Shown in pieces: positions 1 to 12,639 of a DNA stretch of 64,000 bases. Below the pieces are notes generated by a model. That model saw only the letters and a list, made by a program, of their open reading frames with translations. It ran no database searches and was not told where the DNA came from. The position numbers were made by a program, and so were the translations under genes. This DNA is from Octopus sinensis (Eukaryota), in contig NC_042998.1 of NCBI RefSeq assembly GCF_006345805.1, forward strand, positions 180,730,001-180,794,000, read 5' to 3'. The stretch's first letter is position 1, and each line of letters begins with the position of its first letter.

Positions 1-49
1 TACATGGCCTTGCTATTTGCTTTTGAGCCAAATTAACTAACTAACTAAC
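1..49 (+). mobile_element. 3' tail of a CR1-group LINE (window edge)
   Basis: TACATGGCCTTGCTATTTGCTTTTGAGCCAAA(TTAAC)n is near-identical to the tail of the CR1-like fragment at ~29018-29073. Confidence 0.75.
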
Positions 50-400
50 ATATATTTCCTTTACTTGTTTAAATCATGCAAATGCGACTGTGACTGGGTA
101 TTGCCTGGGTAGAATTTTAGTCAAAAAATTAGCCCCGGCAATTGTATTTTTAAGCCTTGTACTTATTCTATCTGATTCTTTTTGCCAAACCACTAGGTTA
201 CGTGGTCATAAACATACCAAAACCGGTTGACAAGCGGTGGAGGAAACAAACACAGATACAAACACACGTGCGCGCACGAGCGATTCACAAACATGCACAT
301 GCGGGCGCGGGCACACACACACACACACGCAGACACACACGCGCGCGCACACACAAGTGCACATATATATCAGGGTGCAGTTGTCATCAGTGTCAATATT

Positions 401-437
<37 letters not shown>

Positions 438-600
438 GTGTGTGTGTAATATATATATATATATATATATTTACAGACACACACACATTTATACATACAT
501 ATATATATATATATATATAAGTGTATATAAATACACATCAATGAATGTATATATGCGGTGCATCAGCATGGCCGCAGCTCTGAGCTGAATCTAGAGAGGA

Positions 601-631
<31 letters not shown>

Positions 632-717
632 TATTCGAGACAAAACCACTATTTTGCAAAACAAACAAGGAAAGACTAATTAATACATAAAATTTTAATA
701 AATAGTCAAAAAAACCG

Positions 718-760
718 CCACTACAATCGTTTCTTGTCTTGATCGACAATCTTCAGGTGG
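718..760 (-). ncRNA. Mirror copy of the 818-860 hammerhead
   Basis: Exact reverse complement within the left palindrome arm. Confidence 0.85.
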
Positions 761-817
761 ACTTCCAATAATTCAGTGTCAAATCACTTCATAATTTGAC
801 ACTGAATTATTGGAAGT

Positions 818-860
818 CCACCTGAAGATTGTCGATCAAGACAAGAAACGATTGTAGTGG
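818..860 (+). ncRNA. Minimal type I hammerhead ribozyme
   Basis: CCAC-CUGAAGA-UUGUC(GAUCAA)GACAA-GAAA-C(GAUU)G-UA/GUGG. Stem I CCAC/GUGG, 5-bp stem II, predicted cleavage after A856. Confidence 0.88.
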
Positions 861-1033
861 CGGTTTTTTTGACTATTTATTAAAATTTTATGTATTAATT
901 AGTCTTTCCTTGTTTGTTTTGCAAAATAGTGGTTTTGTCTCGAATAATATTTTATAATATTTTACTATAAAATCGATTTAATCATAAATCTGATTTTTTC
1001 CCTGTAAATTTGGATTTATTCCCTAATATTTAT

Positions 1034-1076
<43 letters not shown>

Positions 1077-1077
<1 letters not shown>

Positions 1078-1495
1078 GAGCGAAACGCCCCCACCTCCCG
1101 TCCAATGAACTGTGCTGAGTTGTCAAACATTTACACCAAATTTTCTCAAAACAACTTGTCCGACCGTTCCAAAGGCCTCTCCTTTGAGAAACACTGATTT
1201 AACCTAAATTTGAGACACCAAACAGGCCGGCTTTTTTTGCACAAACTGCACATGGATTTTTCTCGCGTACGCGTAGTATCGATCGCAACAGCTGATGCAC
1301 TTGCACATACAAATGCACGTTCCCACGGCTTTATCGATCGCATTCTCACCTAGAATCGATTTTTGATTTTTGTAATTTTTTCAAGACTTATACACGCCCT
1401 GATACCGTCGGTATCTACATATCAAATTTGAACGCAATCGGATGGAGGATGCCCGAGATCCTAGAAGACACACACACAGACGGAACGGATTTTAT
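1077..1495. mobile_element. Unclassified (TA)n-flanked non-autonomous element
   Basis: Complex sequence between TA tracts ending CAAATTTGAACGCAATCGGATG...ACAGACGGAACGGATTTTATATA. This resembles ends of invertebrate Helitron/Helentron-like non-autonomous repeats (recall, unverified). Confidence 0.35.
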
Positions 1496-1513
1496 ATATT
1501 ATATATATATATA

Positions 1514-1577
<64 letters not shown>

Positions 1578-1710
1578 CATAAATTTATATATATATATAT
1601 ATATTATATATAACGGGAAGGTTTACGAAAATAAACAAAAGACGAAGGCAGGTGGAGTACAAACAAACAAATGTATTAGTATGGCGCTCAGGAATAGAAA
1701 TAGAACAAGT

Positions 1711-1746
1711 CTTCTACGTTTCAAGCCTACGCTCTTCGACAGAAAG
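1711..1746 (-). ncRNA. Variant minimal hammerhead (CUGUCGA core)
   Basis: Minus strand: CUUU-CUGUCGA-A-GAGC(GUAG)GCUU-GAAA-CG-UA/GAAG. Loopless ACGU palindromic stem III, and A6 replaced by U. Confidence 0.55.
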
Positions 1747-2374
1747 ATACACAGAAAAAAAAAACAAGGAGAGAAAAAAAGGAGAGGAAAAAAAGGAAAA
1801 CGTATGTATGTATGTATGCATGTATGTATGTATGTACGTATGTATGTATGTATGTGTATACCCAACTTATCTGCTCACTATAATCACCAGCATGATGCTT
1901 ACTCATTGACCTGTTCACTTCCCTAACGGCCATATCTTCTTCGAATATTTTGTCACGAGAAAAGCAGAATGGTGTCGTGTCCATGGATTTGTATCTCAAA
2001 ACAATAAATACAAGATTACATAAAAATCAGAGATAACTTCCTTAAGCATGTATCCTAGGTGTACATGTACATGTAGACTGCATGCTCATGCATTCGGCAT
2101 TAGTGTACACGTTCTGTTGTAATCAAATACTATTCTGTTTTGCCCAAACCATATTGTTCGTCGTCGTCGTTGTCGTCATCATCATCATCATCATCATTAT
2201 CATCGTCACCATCACCACCACCACCACAACCATCTTCATTATCATCATCATCATTCACCTCACGCTCATCATCATCGTCGTCGTCGTCATCATCATCAAA
2301 GTGTTCTGTTTTTCTCCCTCCACCTTGAAAGAAGAAGAATAAGAAGTAGTGGTAGTAGTAGTAGTAGCAGCAGC

Positions 2375-2419
<45 letters not shown>

Positions 2420-2479
2420 TGCTGTTGATGTTGCTGGCGATATCAGTTGTATTATTAGGGGTGGTGGTGGTGGTGGTAT

Positions 2480-2513
<34 letters not shown>

Positions 2514-2944
2514 TTTTGTTGTTGTTATTATTGTTGTTGTTGCTGTTGTAGTAGAGTGAAACAGTCAATTCCTTTATGTATAAAAAAGAGACAAAAACAT
2601 CTCATGTATCCTTTTTATTCCTTATTTCACATTTCACTAACGGTTAGTCATTGAAAAAAAAATTGCATAAGAAAGAAATGTAAAATTTTATCTTTACCAG
2701 AAGACACAGCGCGCGTACACAAACAAGGACATATGTGTGTGTGAGTGTTGTGTGTGTGTGTGTGCGTGTGTGTGTGTGTGTGTGCATTTGTGATGAAGAG
2801 AGAGAAAACTATGTGTAAATCAGAATAATTGAAACATGAAACATGTAAATGTATGTAGATATACGCTGAGATGAAATATGCTTTATTACATAAACAGAAA
2901 AATAACCCCGTGCTTACATGTTCGTGCATGTATATAAAATTAAA

Positions 2945-2988
<44 letters not shown>

Positions 2989-2992
2989 TATA

Positions 2993-3153
2993 TATGACGG
3001 GCTTCTTTCAGTTTTCGTCTACCAAATTCACTCACAAGGCCTTGGTCGGCCTGAGTCTATAGCAGAAGTCACTTGCCCAGGTGCCATGCAGTGGGGCTGA
3101 ACCGGAACCATGTGGTTAGGAAGTAAGCTTCTTACCACTCAGCCACTCCTGCG
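2993..3153 (-). mobile_element. tRNA-derived SINE family A, 5' part
   Basis: A-box TGGCTGAGTGG, B-box-like GGTTCAGCCCC and CCTGGGCAAGT motif; matches 27227-27638. Confidence 0.85.
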
Positions 3154-3311
3154 ATATATATATGTATATATATATATATTATTATACATACAATATAACA
3201 TAATATAAAAATATATGCATGTATATATACATATATGTACATACCTATATATATATATATTATATATATATATATATATAAAGATAGATAGATAGATAGA
3301 TATATAGATAT

Positions 3312-3352
<41 letters not shown>

Positions 3353-3496
3353 GATAGATAGATATACATGCATATATGGGTCAGGACATGAAAAAAAAAA
3401 CAATGAGAAAAAAAAAACATAGAAATGATCTTTTTTCGGACAACGAACAAAACAGAGAACGAGACATACAACTTAAAAATTATTCCCCTTCTTCAG

Positions 3497-3529
3497 TTTT
3501 CCCTCTTTCGTCTATTCCGCGTTTCGAAG
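3497..3529 (+). CDS. Candidate 33-nt micro-exon (phase-0 reading FSLFRLFRVSK)
   Basis: Acceptor TATTCCCCTTCTTCAG| and consensus donor AAG|GTAAGG; open reading; no homology recognised. Confidence 0.25.
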
Positions 3530-4209
3530 GTAAGGACATGACGCGACGTCGTTGAAACAGTCCTTCCCGGAAAGCAAATTAAATAAAATTTGGGATTTTT
3601 TGCGGAGGCTGAAAGTGGTAACAAAAACAGGACAGTGAGAACAAAATAGTAAAAACAAACGTTGTAGACAGTATTTGATAGAAGGCATGTATCGCTTTCT
3701 CAAAAGTTCATCAGAAATCGTAATTGTTTATAAAGATTTTAGAGGAATGACAAACCTTGTTTCTTCATCTCCAGGCTTGAATTGTTTGGAGATGACTCCA
3801 TACAAGACTGGAGATGAAGAAAAAAAGTTGATCGTTCTGCATGTTCATGTGTTTGTGTGTGTGTGTGTGTCTGTGTATGTGTATGTGTGTGTGCGCGCGC
3901 ATGCTTGTATGTTTGCGTATGTATGTGTATGTATTTGTATGGGTACCTCTATCTCCTTGTGCGTGCGTGTTTGAGTGTGTTTATGTGTATGAGTTTGTGT
4001 GACTATGTACGTGCGTCTGTTATGTATTGATGTGTGTCTCCATATGCATATTTGTGGGTATGAGTGTGTGTGGAATGTGTGTGTATATGGTCATATGTTT
4101 CCGTCTCCTTTTGTGCATGAGTGTGTATGTGTGTGTGTGTTTGTCCGTATTACCTGTGTACCTGTCTACTTAGCTACGTATCTATTTAACTACACATCCT
4201 TTTACCTAC

Positions 4210-4264
<55 letters not shown>

Positions 4265-4479
4265 ATATATGTATGTGTGTGTGTGTGTGTGGTGTGGTGT
4301 GTGTGTGTGTGTGTGAGTGTGTGTATTTGCCTACTTAACAGCCAACCAGCAAATGTACCTATGCATGTATACCTTGTGGGTATCGGGGTATCACTATTTT
4401 CTACGTGTATTTCCTATTTATTTCCTATTTAGTTTCATTTATGAGGACGTACTCCTGTGTTTGTTTGAGTGACGGGTCC

Positions 4480-5110
4480 TTCGCGTGCTTGGATAAAATG
4501 CGGCCCAGTGGTCTTTGGTATGTTGATAGTGTATGGAAGACTATTTCTTTTCATCATATTGCGTCAAATGCCCATTTAGTCTTTACGTTATACTTCTAGA
4601 TGTCTCCCCAATGTATATCGTCTTTTGTCCTTACAAGCACCCCCTATACATCTTATGCTGCAGACTACATTTCTAGTTCTACTGTTAATACCAGGGTTAA
4701 TCTTACATAACACGCAGTTCTTATTAGTGCATGTGGTATTTTTCCATTAGTGCATATGGTCCTACATAAGTGCGATCTGATGGAGCTCCCTAGCTTTTCG
4801 AACGATCTAAATGTTGAGTTTCGTCTCCTTTAGATCCCTCTTAAACCTACGGGTTAGTTCCCCACGGGATGTGGCCTCTACAAACATCAATCCTTGATAT
4901 TTGTCAGACCTGTACTATGTGTTCACTGTTTGCTTTGTCACAAAACCTCTGTATACTATTTCAGTTTTTACTACTGTATCTAGCTAGGGTAACACTGGCT
5001 TCATTGCATATCATGTTATCTAACTTCTTTCTCGCTGCCCTGTATACACGAATCGAATCTTTCTAGTCATATCCAGAAAATTGCATGCGGTGCATGAAGT
5101 TTTGTTCATG
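4480..5110 (-). mobile_element. Penelope-like element remnant (RT C-terminus/linker plus GIY-YIG)
   Basis: Minus-strand translations MHRMQFSGYD, MFVEATSRGELTRRF and IYIGETSRSIT*RLNGHL, with stops and frameshifts. Confidence 0.7.
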
Positions 5111-6444
5111 TTTACTTGTTTCATAGGGCTCGCATGGGGGGGGGCACGTTATTCATTATCTTAACTAAGTCTGCTATGTTAGACCTTTTCACTTTCCGTC
5201 TATTAAATACACCCACATGTCTTTAGTTGGCCCAGGGCTATAGCAGAACGCACTTGCCCAAGGTATCACGCATTGTAGTTGCACTCAAAATCATGTAGCT
5301 GAGAAGTAAACTTCTCACTACACAGTCACGCCTCTGTGTGTGTGTATGTGTGTACTTATGTATATATGTATGTATGTACGCATGTATGCATGTATGCGTG
5401 TGTATGTTTGTGCGTATGTGTGTATGTATGCTTAGGTTCTAACGATATAATACTGAGAAACCGATATCTCTCCAACGGATGTGTAAGTGATCAACCTACT
5501 CTACTTAAGAGAACAATAAAATGTATTCACACCGTCTGCAATCTTCACAACTAAATCTTTCCAATAAATAGATATAAATTTGCCTACATTATACATGTAA
5601 GGTATTCTGTCTATGCCGTCTATAAAAATATTGTGTGTAATTAAGTAAAAATCTGACAAACACATTATATATATATTAACACTCCAGTGCATCATACTAC
5701 ATTATTTCGGCTCCTCCAGTCTGAAACCGCTACATCGCTCCTCTCCTCAGAGCCATTTCGCAAACGGCATGGCCTTCAGCCTGCAACTCACCCTCCCCAA
5801 TTCACACACCCAATACCTGTTCTTGATTTGTTATTATCTGCACTACCATATATGTTAATTTTCCTCAATGCTTCCACATTTGCTAGACCTAACACCTAAC
5901 TATTGGTTGCCTTAGGTTTTCAGGAATCACACATATGCATTTTGTTGTATATGGTACAGGAGAGTCAGAGACTACTGCTAAGTAAATTGACCAACTTAGT
6001 GATGGTACATAGCTGCCCGTCCCTTCTCCTCATTTTACTCTTCCTCTCGGCACCTCTGCGTTTTAAATCTTGCCATACACAACGGAACTCTTTTCTCCAA
6101 CGTCTGTTACGTAACTATGATAATATTTTAGCACTGATCAATTAAATCAAATAGAATGATTCACAGGACGGATATTTCGTAGCTAGCTGCATATATATAC
6201 CAACACTGGTGATATAACACTCCATGCGCGCACACACTAACGCACGCCACGTGCAACAAATGATATACGCAGCATACACGTACATACACAGATACACACA
6301 CATATGCACGTACAAACACGTACACACATACATACACACACACTCACACATACATATATATGTGAGTGTGTATGTGTGTTTGTGTGAGTGTATATATATA
6401 TATGTATGTATGTATGTATGTAAGCCGATTTACCCTCTTACAGA

Positions 6445-6454
6445 TAGATAGATA

Positions 6455-6486
<32 letters not shown>

Positions 6487-6529
6487 TAGACAGACAGACA
6501 ATAGATAGATATATAGATAATATATATAA

Positions 6530-6561
<32 letters not shown>

Positions 6562-6582
6562 TAGATAGATAGATAGATAGAG

Positions 6583-6613
<31 letters not shown>

Positions 6614-6688
6614 AGATAGATAGACAGACAGACAACAGACAGATAGATAGATATAAGATAGATAGATGATAGATAGATAGATAGATAG

Positions 6689-6733
<45 letters not shown>
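6445..6733. repeat. (GATA)n/(GACA)n microsatellite
   Basis: Direct inspection. Similar tracts at 3283-3365, 13530-13708 and 43208-43361. Confidence 0.95.
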
Positions 6734-7274
6734 GGCTTAATATAATCCGCGCTATTATCTCCTTAGCACATCATGCCGGGTCTTGTCTAGCGTATTATTC
6801 CAATATCAAAAAGCTATTCCTAAGACTTTGATTGATAAATACTAAAAGCAATGATTTCAGTGTGAGAACGAGAAGTCAGACTGACATTAAAACTGTTTCC
6901 TCAAACAGACAACATTCTTATTCCATATCTCGTAAAATGTTATGCAACTTCACAATGTTGTGTTATCAATGTCATAATATATGGAAATATGTAACAATTC
7001 CATAGTCCATTCGCTTCTGAATGAATATTTTAGTAAACGTTCATTTGGGCGTGTCACAATATGTAAATAGACCATATAGATAGATGCATGCATGTGTACG
7101 TATGTGAATGTACACCTTTCTATATATATATCTATATATATAGATATATATATATATATAGTATATATATATATATTATCTATATATTATATATAATATA
7201 TATATAATATATATATATATATATTATATATATATATATATAGATATATATATATATAATATATATATATATAT

Positions 7275-7307
<33 letters not shown>

Positions 7308-7311
7308 GATA

Positions 7312-7373
<62 letters not shown>

Positions 7374-7413
7374 TATATTATATATATATTATTAATATAT
7401 CAATATATATATA

Positions 7414-7450
<37 letters not shown>

Positions 7451-7462
7451 GAGAGAGAGAGA

Positions 7463-7847
7463 GGTGTAGAAGTGGCTGTGTGGTAAGTGCTTACTTACCA
7501 TCCACATGGTTCCGGGTTCAGTCCCATACGTGACACCATGGGCAGGTGTCTTCTACTATAGCTTCGGGCCCACTGAAGCCTTGTGAATGAATTTGATAGA
7601 CGGAAACTAAAAGAAGCCCGTCGTATATATGTATATATATGTGTGTGTGTGTCTGTGTTTGTCCCCCGAACATCGCTTGACAATCGATGTGTTTGCGTCC
7701 CCGTAACATAGCGGTTCGGCAAAAGGGGCCGATAGAATAAGTACTAGGCTTACAAAGAATAAGTCCCGGGGTCGATTTGCTCGACTAAGGTGGTGAACCA
7801 GCATTGCCACACAGTCAAATGACTGAAACAATAAAAGAGTAAAAAGT
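7463..7847 (+). mobile_element. tRNA-derived SINE family A, near full length
   Basis: A/B boxes, CATGGGCAGGTGTCTTCTACTATAGC core, internal TA/GT tract and ...ATGACTGAAACAATAAAAGAGTAAA tail. Confidence 0.9.
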
Positions 7848-8355
7848 ATATATATATATATATAATATATATATATATAATATAAATTAATTTAGGGTAG
7901 AAATTGATATTTATCAATTAGAACCAGTGGTCTAGCATATTAAAAAATCCGAAGATTAAAATTTTATATATACCAGTTAAGGACTGAACACGAAAAGTAG
8001 ACAGTCAACATGCTAGATATAGCGTCAAATCGCCATTCTCCACAAAAGAACCATGTTCTCAGTCAAACTCAGCACAAAACCACAGCAATAAACAAGTGAA
8101 AATATACGAAAGACTAAACAGGAGAGACAAAGAGAGGCAGAAACAAGGAAAATGCCACTTGTATTTGAACACTATACAAATAATCTTTTAAAAAAATACT
8201 TTTCTTTTAATTTTTCCAAATTTAATTGTTTTCCATACTTAGAGTTGAAAAAGTCCCAATGACTGAAACCGGTACTGAAATGTTTTTTATAAAATTATTT
8301 TAGCATTTTCTATCTTGACTTTTTTTTTCCATACATACATATATATATATATATA

Positions 8356-8558
8356 CCGGAGTAAACACATAAATGTGAAACAAGGTGGAAAAAAGAGTAC
8401 TCAAATACCAGTGGTAGAGTAAATGCTTTATTGAAAGCAGCAGAAAAAATTCAACAAAACCTGTACTCTGAGTATCCCGTTGCCGTTCATCGGACAGTTT
8501 TTCTAATTCAACAAAACCTGTTACTCTGAGTTGAATTTTCTGCTGCTTTAAATAAAGT
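8356..8558 (-). mobile_element. Small (TA)n-flanked element with a degenerate hammerhead (8461-8497) and an inverted terminal duplication
   Basis: Minus strand CUGU-CCGAUGA-ACG(GCAA)CGG-GAUAC-UCAGA-GUA-CAG. 8425-8455 is inverted at 8530-8558, and 8448-8472 is repeated directly at 8505-8530. Confidence 0.6.
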
Positions 8559-8583
8559 ATATATATATAATATTATATATAAT

Positions 8584-8632
<49 letters not shown>

Positions 8633-9943
8633 CAGTAAAGCGACACGCGCCAATCAATGTGGCTGTTGAATGTTACACGCTCTCTCGGTTCGATTTTACA
8701 ACTAGCTACTTTACTTATATATATTCTAGACCAGAAAGAGAAATGTAAGATTGAGAATGATAAAAATAAATATTCAAAAATCAATACTCCGAAAGTCACG
8801 TTGCCGATAATTAGGCGATTGTAAAATTTTTAAAAATAAAAACTTATTACATGAAGCTTGTTTACAGGCTTCTTATTAGGGACAAATACTGAAATTCTGT
8901 AATCAACAATCTAACCGTTATTTGAAAACGATGAGGGTGACAGATATTGTAGACAGGAAAACATATAAACATATGATTATATCAAAACTACAACAAAATG
9001 TTTAAATATATCTTTTATCGTTTGTTTTATGTTACTGGAATGCGGGCATGCATGTGTACTATCCTGAAGTGTCTAGTCAAGCAAATTAATCCTATTACTT
9101 ATGTTTCTAAAGTCTGGTATTTATTGTATCGATATTGTTTGCCTAGCTGCTAGTCAACGAGGTCGTTAAAGCACCAGCACCGGTCGTCAAGCGGCGAGGG
9201 GCGAAACACGAACACGTTCTTTCAACTTATACGACTCGATGTCAGTACAAACTAGTCGGTCCAGACCCCACTTAGGCGGATACATTAACAACGATTTGGA
9301 ATGGTTAATTATCTTTGATACTCGAGTCGAAAATTCTGGTATCGTGCACCGCTTCTCCTCTCTCACATTTCTTGGCTTTTTCTTCATTCTCACCTCCCCT
9401 CTATCACTGCACTCTGTTCCTTTTCTTTTTATCTCGTTCCTCTGCCTCTCTTTCCACGTGACCGGTGTTCGGCCAAGCCTGACCTTTCTTTCTTAGTCCG
9501 ACTACCATCATTGCAACATCAATATTCCTCCCCATACCTGTCGTCCTTTATGTCCCTGCCGTAAGGCTTCACTTCCACACACGCCAGCTTAATTCAATTC
9601 GTCCTTAGTCGAAAGACACCTGTTGTCGTGTCCTATTATTTGCATTTGTATTTGTGCACCATTTCTCCGTTTTTTCCCGTCTTTTTTTCCCGTATACATT
9701 CGCTGCTTTCTTCCAAGGAATCTAGTGCTCCTAGCTTAGTTTTTCCTTGGGTCTGGCCAGATTGGAGCTATATTGAGTATAACCAGCCGAAATTGCAAAG
9801 ATAATCTGAATATGGAACTCAGCTGAGAAAAGAAAACTTCGAATGACCCGTCTGTGTTTTTCTTGTCCCTTTTTTGTATCAATCCAGCTGTCTGGATGTT
9901 TTGCGTTCTTGTCTCATTTTTTGTATTCCTTTATGTGTATATA

Positions 9944-9975
<32 letters not shown>

Positions 9976-10429
9976 TATATTATATATATAGATATATATA
10001 AAATATACTATTATATTATATTATATTATATTATATTTAAATAAAATCTTTAATACACGCAAATAATTAAACATTTTTTCATCTACTCACCCTGTTGAAG
10101 AATATCAACTGATCAAAATGCAGTCTCTTTAATATCCATCGTCCCTGATGATATTTTATTACAAATCTTCAGAATGCAAACTTATTTTATTCAATAAGTT
10201 TCTAATGTTTATTGAGTGTAAATTAAAACCATTGTTGGATTAATTATCAATATGTGAATAATTTAATTTATAGCCAACTAAACTTTCTATTTCCTTACTT
10301 AACTATATATATATATGTAGTAGTAACAGAAAAGAGGAATTTCGGTTGTCACCACGTGGTGGGTTGTAATGTATATAAGAAATTAAAAAAGGAAAATACG
10401 CACACTTACATGGTTTTAATATAATTTTT

Positions 10430-11475
10430 AATATATCGACCGGATTCTCTTTCTCAAAGTTAAACTCGTTTGTCCAATGTACTGATGACCGCAACCCGAG
10501 CAGGTTATTACGTAAATTAGGTACTCAGAGGCACAGGTGAAACTAGTTTTAATTGTAAACCTCTGTCTTTGCTTGAAAAGGAAATCCGAGCCTTCAAGCA
10601 GGTTGGGGCAGGTTCCACAGTTCGGGCGTCCACATTTTTCAACCGTTGGTTTCGTGGTTGTTTTGTAAAGCTTCGCATTTGTTAGTAGTCTCTTTAGCGA
10701 TTTGTCTTGTTTTTTGCATTTGATGAGTTTGTGTGTGTTTCAGGATGTCGTTCATTTTTGGATCTCTAGTTAGTAAAGGGAGAGTTTGCACAATAGTGTT
10801 GAATGCCTCACTGTTTCTGGAGTTGTGTGTTGATATAAAAATTAGTGTTTTGGTTTGAGGTGTGGTGCTATGTTTTTTTTTTGTTTTTAGTGTTTTTGTG
10901 TCTAATTGTTTGGCACGTTTAATTCCCTCGTCGATAAGAGAGGGTGGATATTGTCTTTCAATAAGTGCTGTTTTGAGGTCTTGAAGACGAAGGTCCCGAG
11001 TTGTTCTATCAGACACTATTGTGCAGATCCTTTTTGCTTAGTTAAAAGGGATGTTTATTTTTATGTGTTTCAGGTGTCATGAGTTAAAAAGAAGATATTG
11101 TTTTGAGTCATTTGGTTTATAATAAATGTCAGTTATGATTCCATTGTTAACTTTTTTATCATGATGTCTATAAATGGAAGTTGTTCTTTGTTATATTCCA
11201 TTGTGAATTGAATGTTACTATTTATGTCATTTAGTGTTGTTTTGAAATCCAAAGTTTGTCGATGTTCTCCTTCCAGATGATAAAACAGTCATCCAGGTAT
11301 CGCCTCCAATTTTCTCTTATGTAGAGGTAAAATGGGTAACCATATTTCTGAAGTGATACTTCATATAAAGTGAATTCAAAATAACCCATTATTAGGTTCG
11401 CAAGAACAGGAGCTGCTTTCGTCCCCATCGCAATTCCGCATTTCTGACTATAGTATGTGTCATCAAATAGGAAAT
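10430..11475 (-). mobile_element. Penelope-like element remnant (Neptune-type): RT plus Cys-rich linker plus GIY-YIG
   Basis: GIAMGTKAAPVLANLIMG and WRRYLDDCF (RT); CGRPNCGTCPNL; FTCASEYLIYVITCSGCGHQYIGQT. Frameshifted. Confidence 0.9.
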
Positions 11476-12639
11476 AAAGAGTTTGATAAAATAATGATTA
11501 ATCCTTCTTAAAAACAAGTTTTATAATTCAATACGGAGTTGTTCCACATTTGGCATCAATCACAGCATTAATACGTCGTAGAGATTCAGAACGTTTGCTA
11601 AAAGTATTCGGCGCCATTTTCAAGTAAAACTGCTTTAGCTCTTTCAGAGGCGATGATAAAGAAAAGCGGCTGCTCACTTACGACTCCAAAATCTGCCAAA
11701 AACTTTTATGATATTGCTACCTGGTGACTGTGGTGGTAGTTGTGGGGTGGGGGCAATCCAAGTGTTCTACTTCACGTTTTTCTTCGTTCCAATTTTGAAT
11801 TACATTAACCGGGTAAATTAATGTATTATTGTCCTGGAAGATTGTGCAGTCATCATGGAACAATGTTTATACAATAGGATAGACATGATGAGCCAAACTG
11901 CTGAGTTTATTCTCAGCATTAACTCTGCCATGTAGAACAACTAGTGACCCCTGATATTGCTCCCCAAATCCTCACAGAATGGTAGGGTTCAAATAGTTAG
12001 GATTGAAAGCCTCTTTGAGTTGACTCCAGACATAAAGTCGGCCCTAATTGGGGAAAATGGATGAAGAATACTATATGTCCGCTTTTCAATATTCATGAGA
12101 AGAGAAAAGATTTTTCAATTGCAGCCGTCCCATTCTATCTAGATTTAGAGAGCTCGTGACAAATGTTTTGCTCAACGCAATGTTGGCATATTGGTAGTTT
12201 ACTTCTGCAGTCACTAATGCTGCCGTATTTCGACGGACAGTGGGTTTCCTACTCTGCAACCCCTCTTCCTAAGTTCTGCTTTCCGTCCAGTATTGCGCAT
12301 GAGAGAGCTAGTCTTACCTTAGTTTTGGAATAGCATGCTTATAAAGACTGTATCTCTCAAAACATTAAATATTCCAACAGTTTCAATGGCTGAAACTTAA
12401 ATCATACGCAATTCTACAACTTCTCCTTTTGAAAGTCAGACAGGTCACCCCTTTTTAACTTATTTAGACATGAATACCTGCAAAACAGAAATACAGATGA
12501 CTATTCATGCAGTAGATGACATACATACTGCATATTAACACATGCACACAGACTAGAAAAGGTTTGATTTCGTCACATTGCCAAGAGAACAAATAGTTAA
12601 AAAAAGTAGATGTTTCCATTCTTTTGTCCAATCCCTGTA
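11476..12639 (-). mobile_element. Tc1-family DNA transposon remnant
   Basis: Minus-strand motifs TIFQDNNT, EVEHLD..PQSP and ESLRRINAVIDAKCGTTPY*. TIR TACAGGGATTGGACAAAAGAATGG at ~12616-12639, with a degenerate partner at ~11475-11497. Confidence 0.8.

Larger units (their letters stand above)
625..1037. mobile_element. (TA)n-flanked fold-back element with hammerhead ribozymes: 160-bp perfect inverted arms (625-784/794-953) plus an ~85-bp extension
   Basis: The arms are exact reverse complements around the 9-nt spacer CACTTCATA. (TA)n lies on both sides and each arm contains an HHR. Confidence 0.85.

Noticed and set aside
1146-1349. Cys-containing ORF resembling a piggyBac C-terminal domain
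   Set aside because: Too few ligands, and no TTAA/TIR or transposase core was seen.
3670-3725. CUGAUGA...GAAA on the minus strand as an HHR
   Set aside because: No stem I, and no U16.1 before the putative cleavage site.
5690-6120. Possible RTE-like LINE remnant
   Set aside because: Too decayed to translate recognisable motifs or assign a strand with confidence.
8845-8885. GAAGC/GCUUC hairpin with CUAAUAA as an HHR relic
   Set aside because: GAAA is missing and two core positions are changed.
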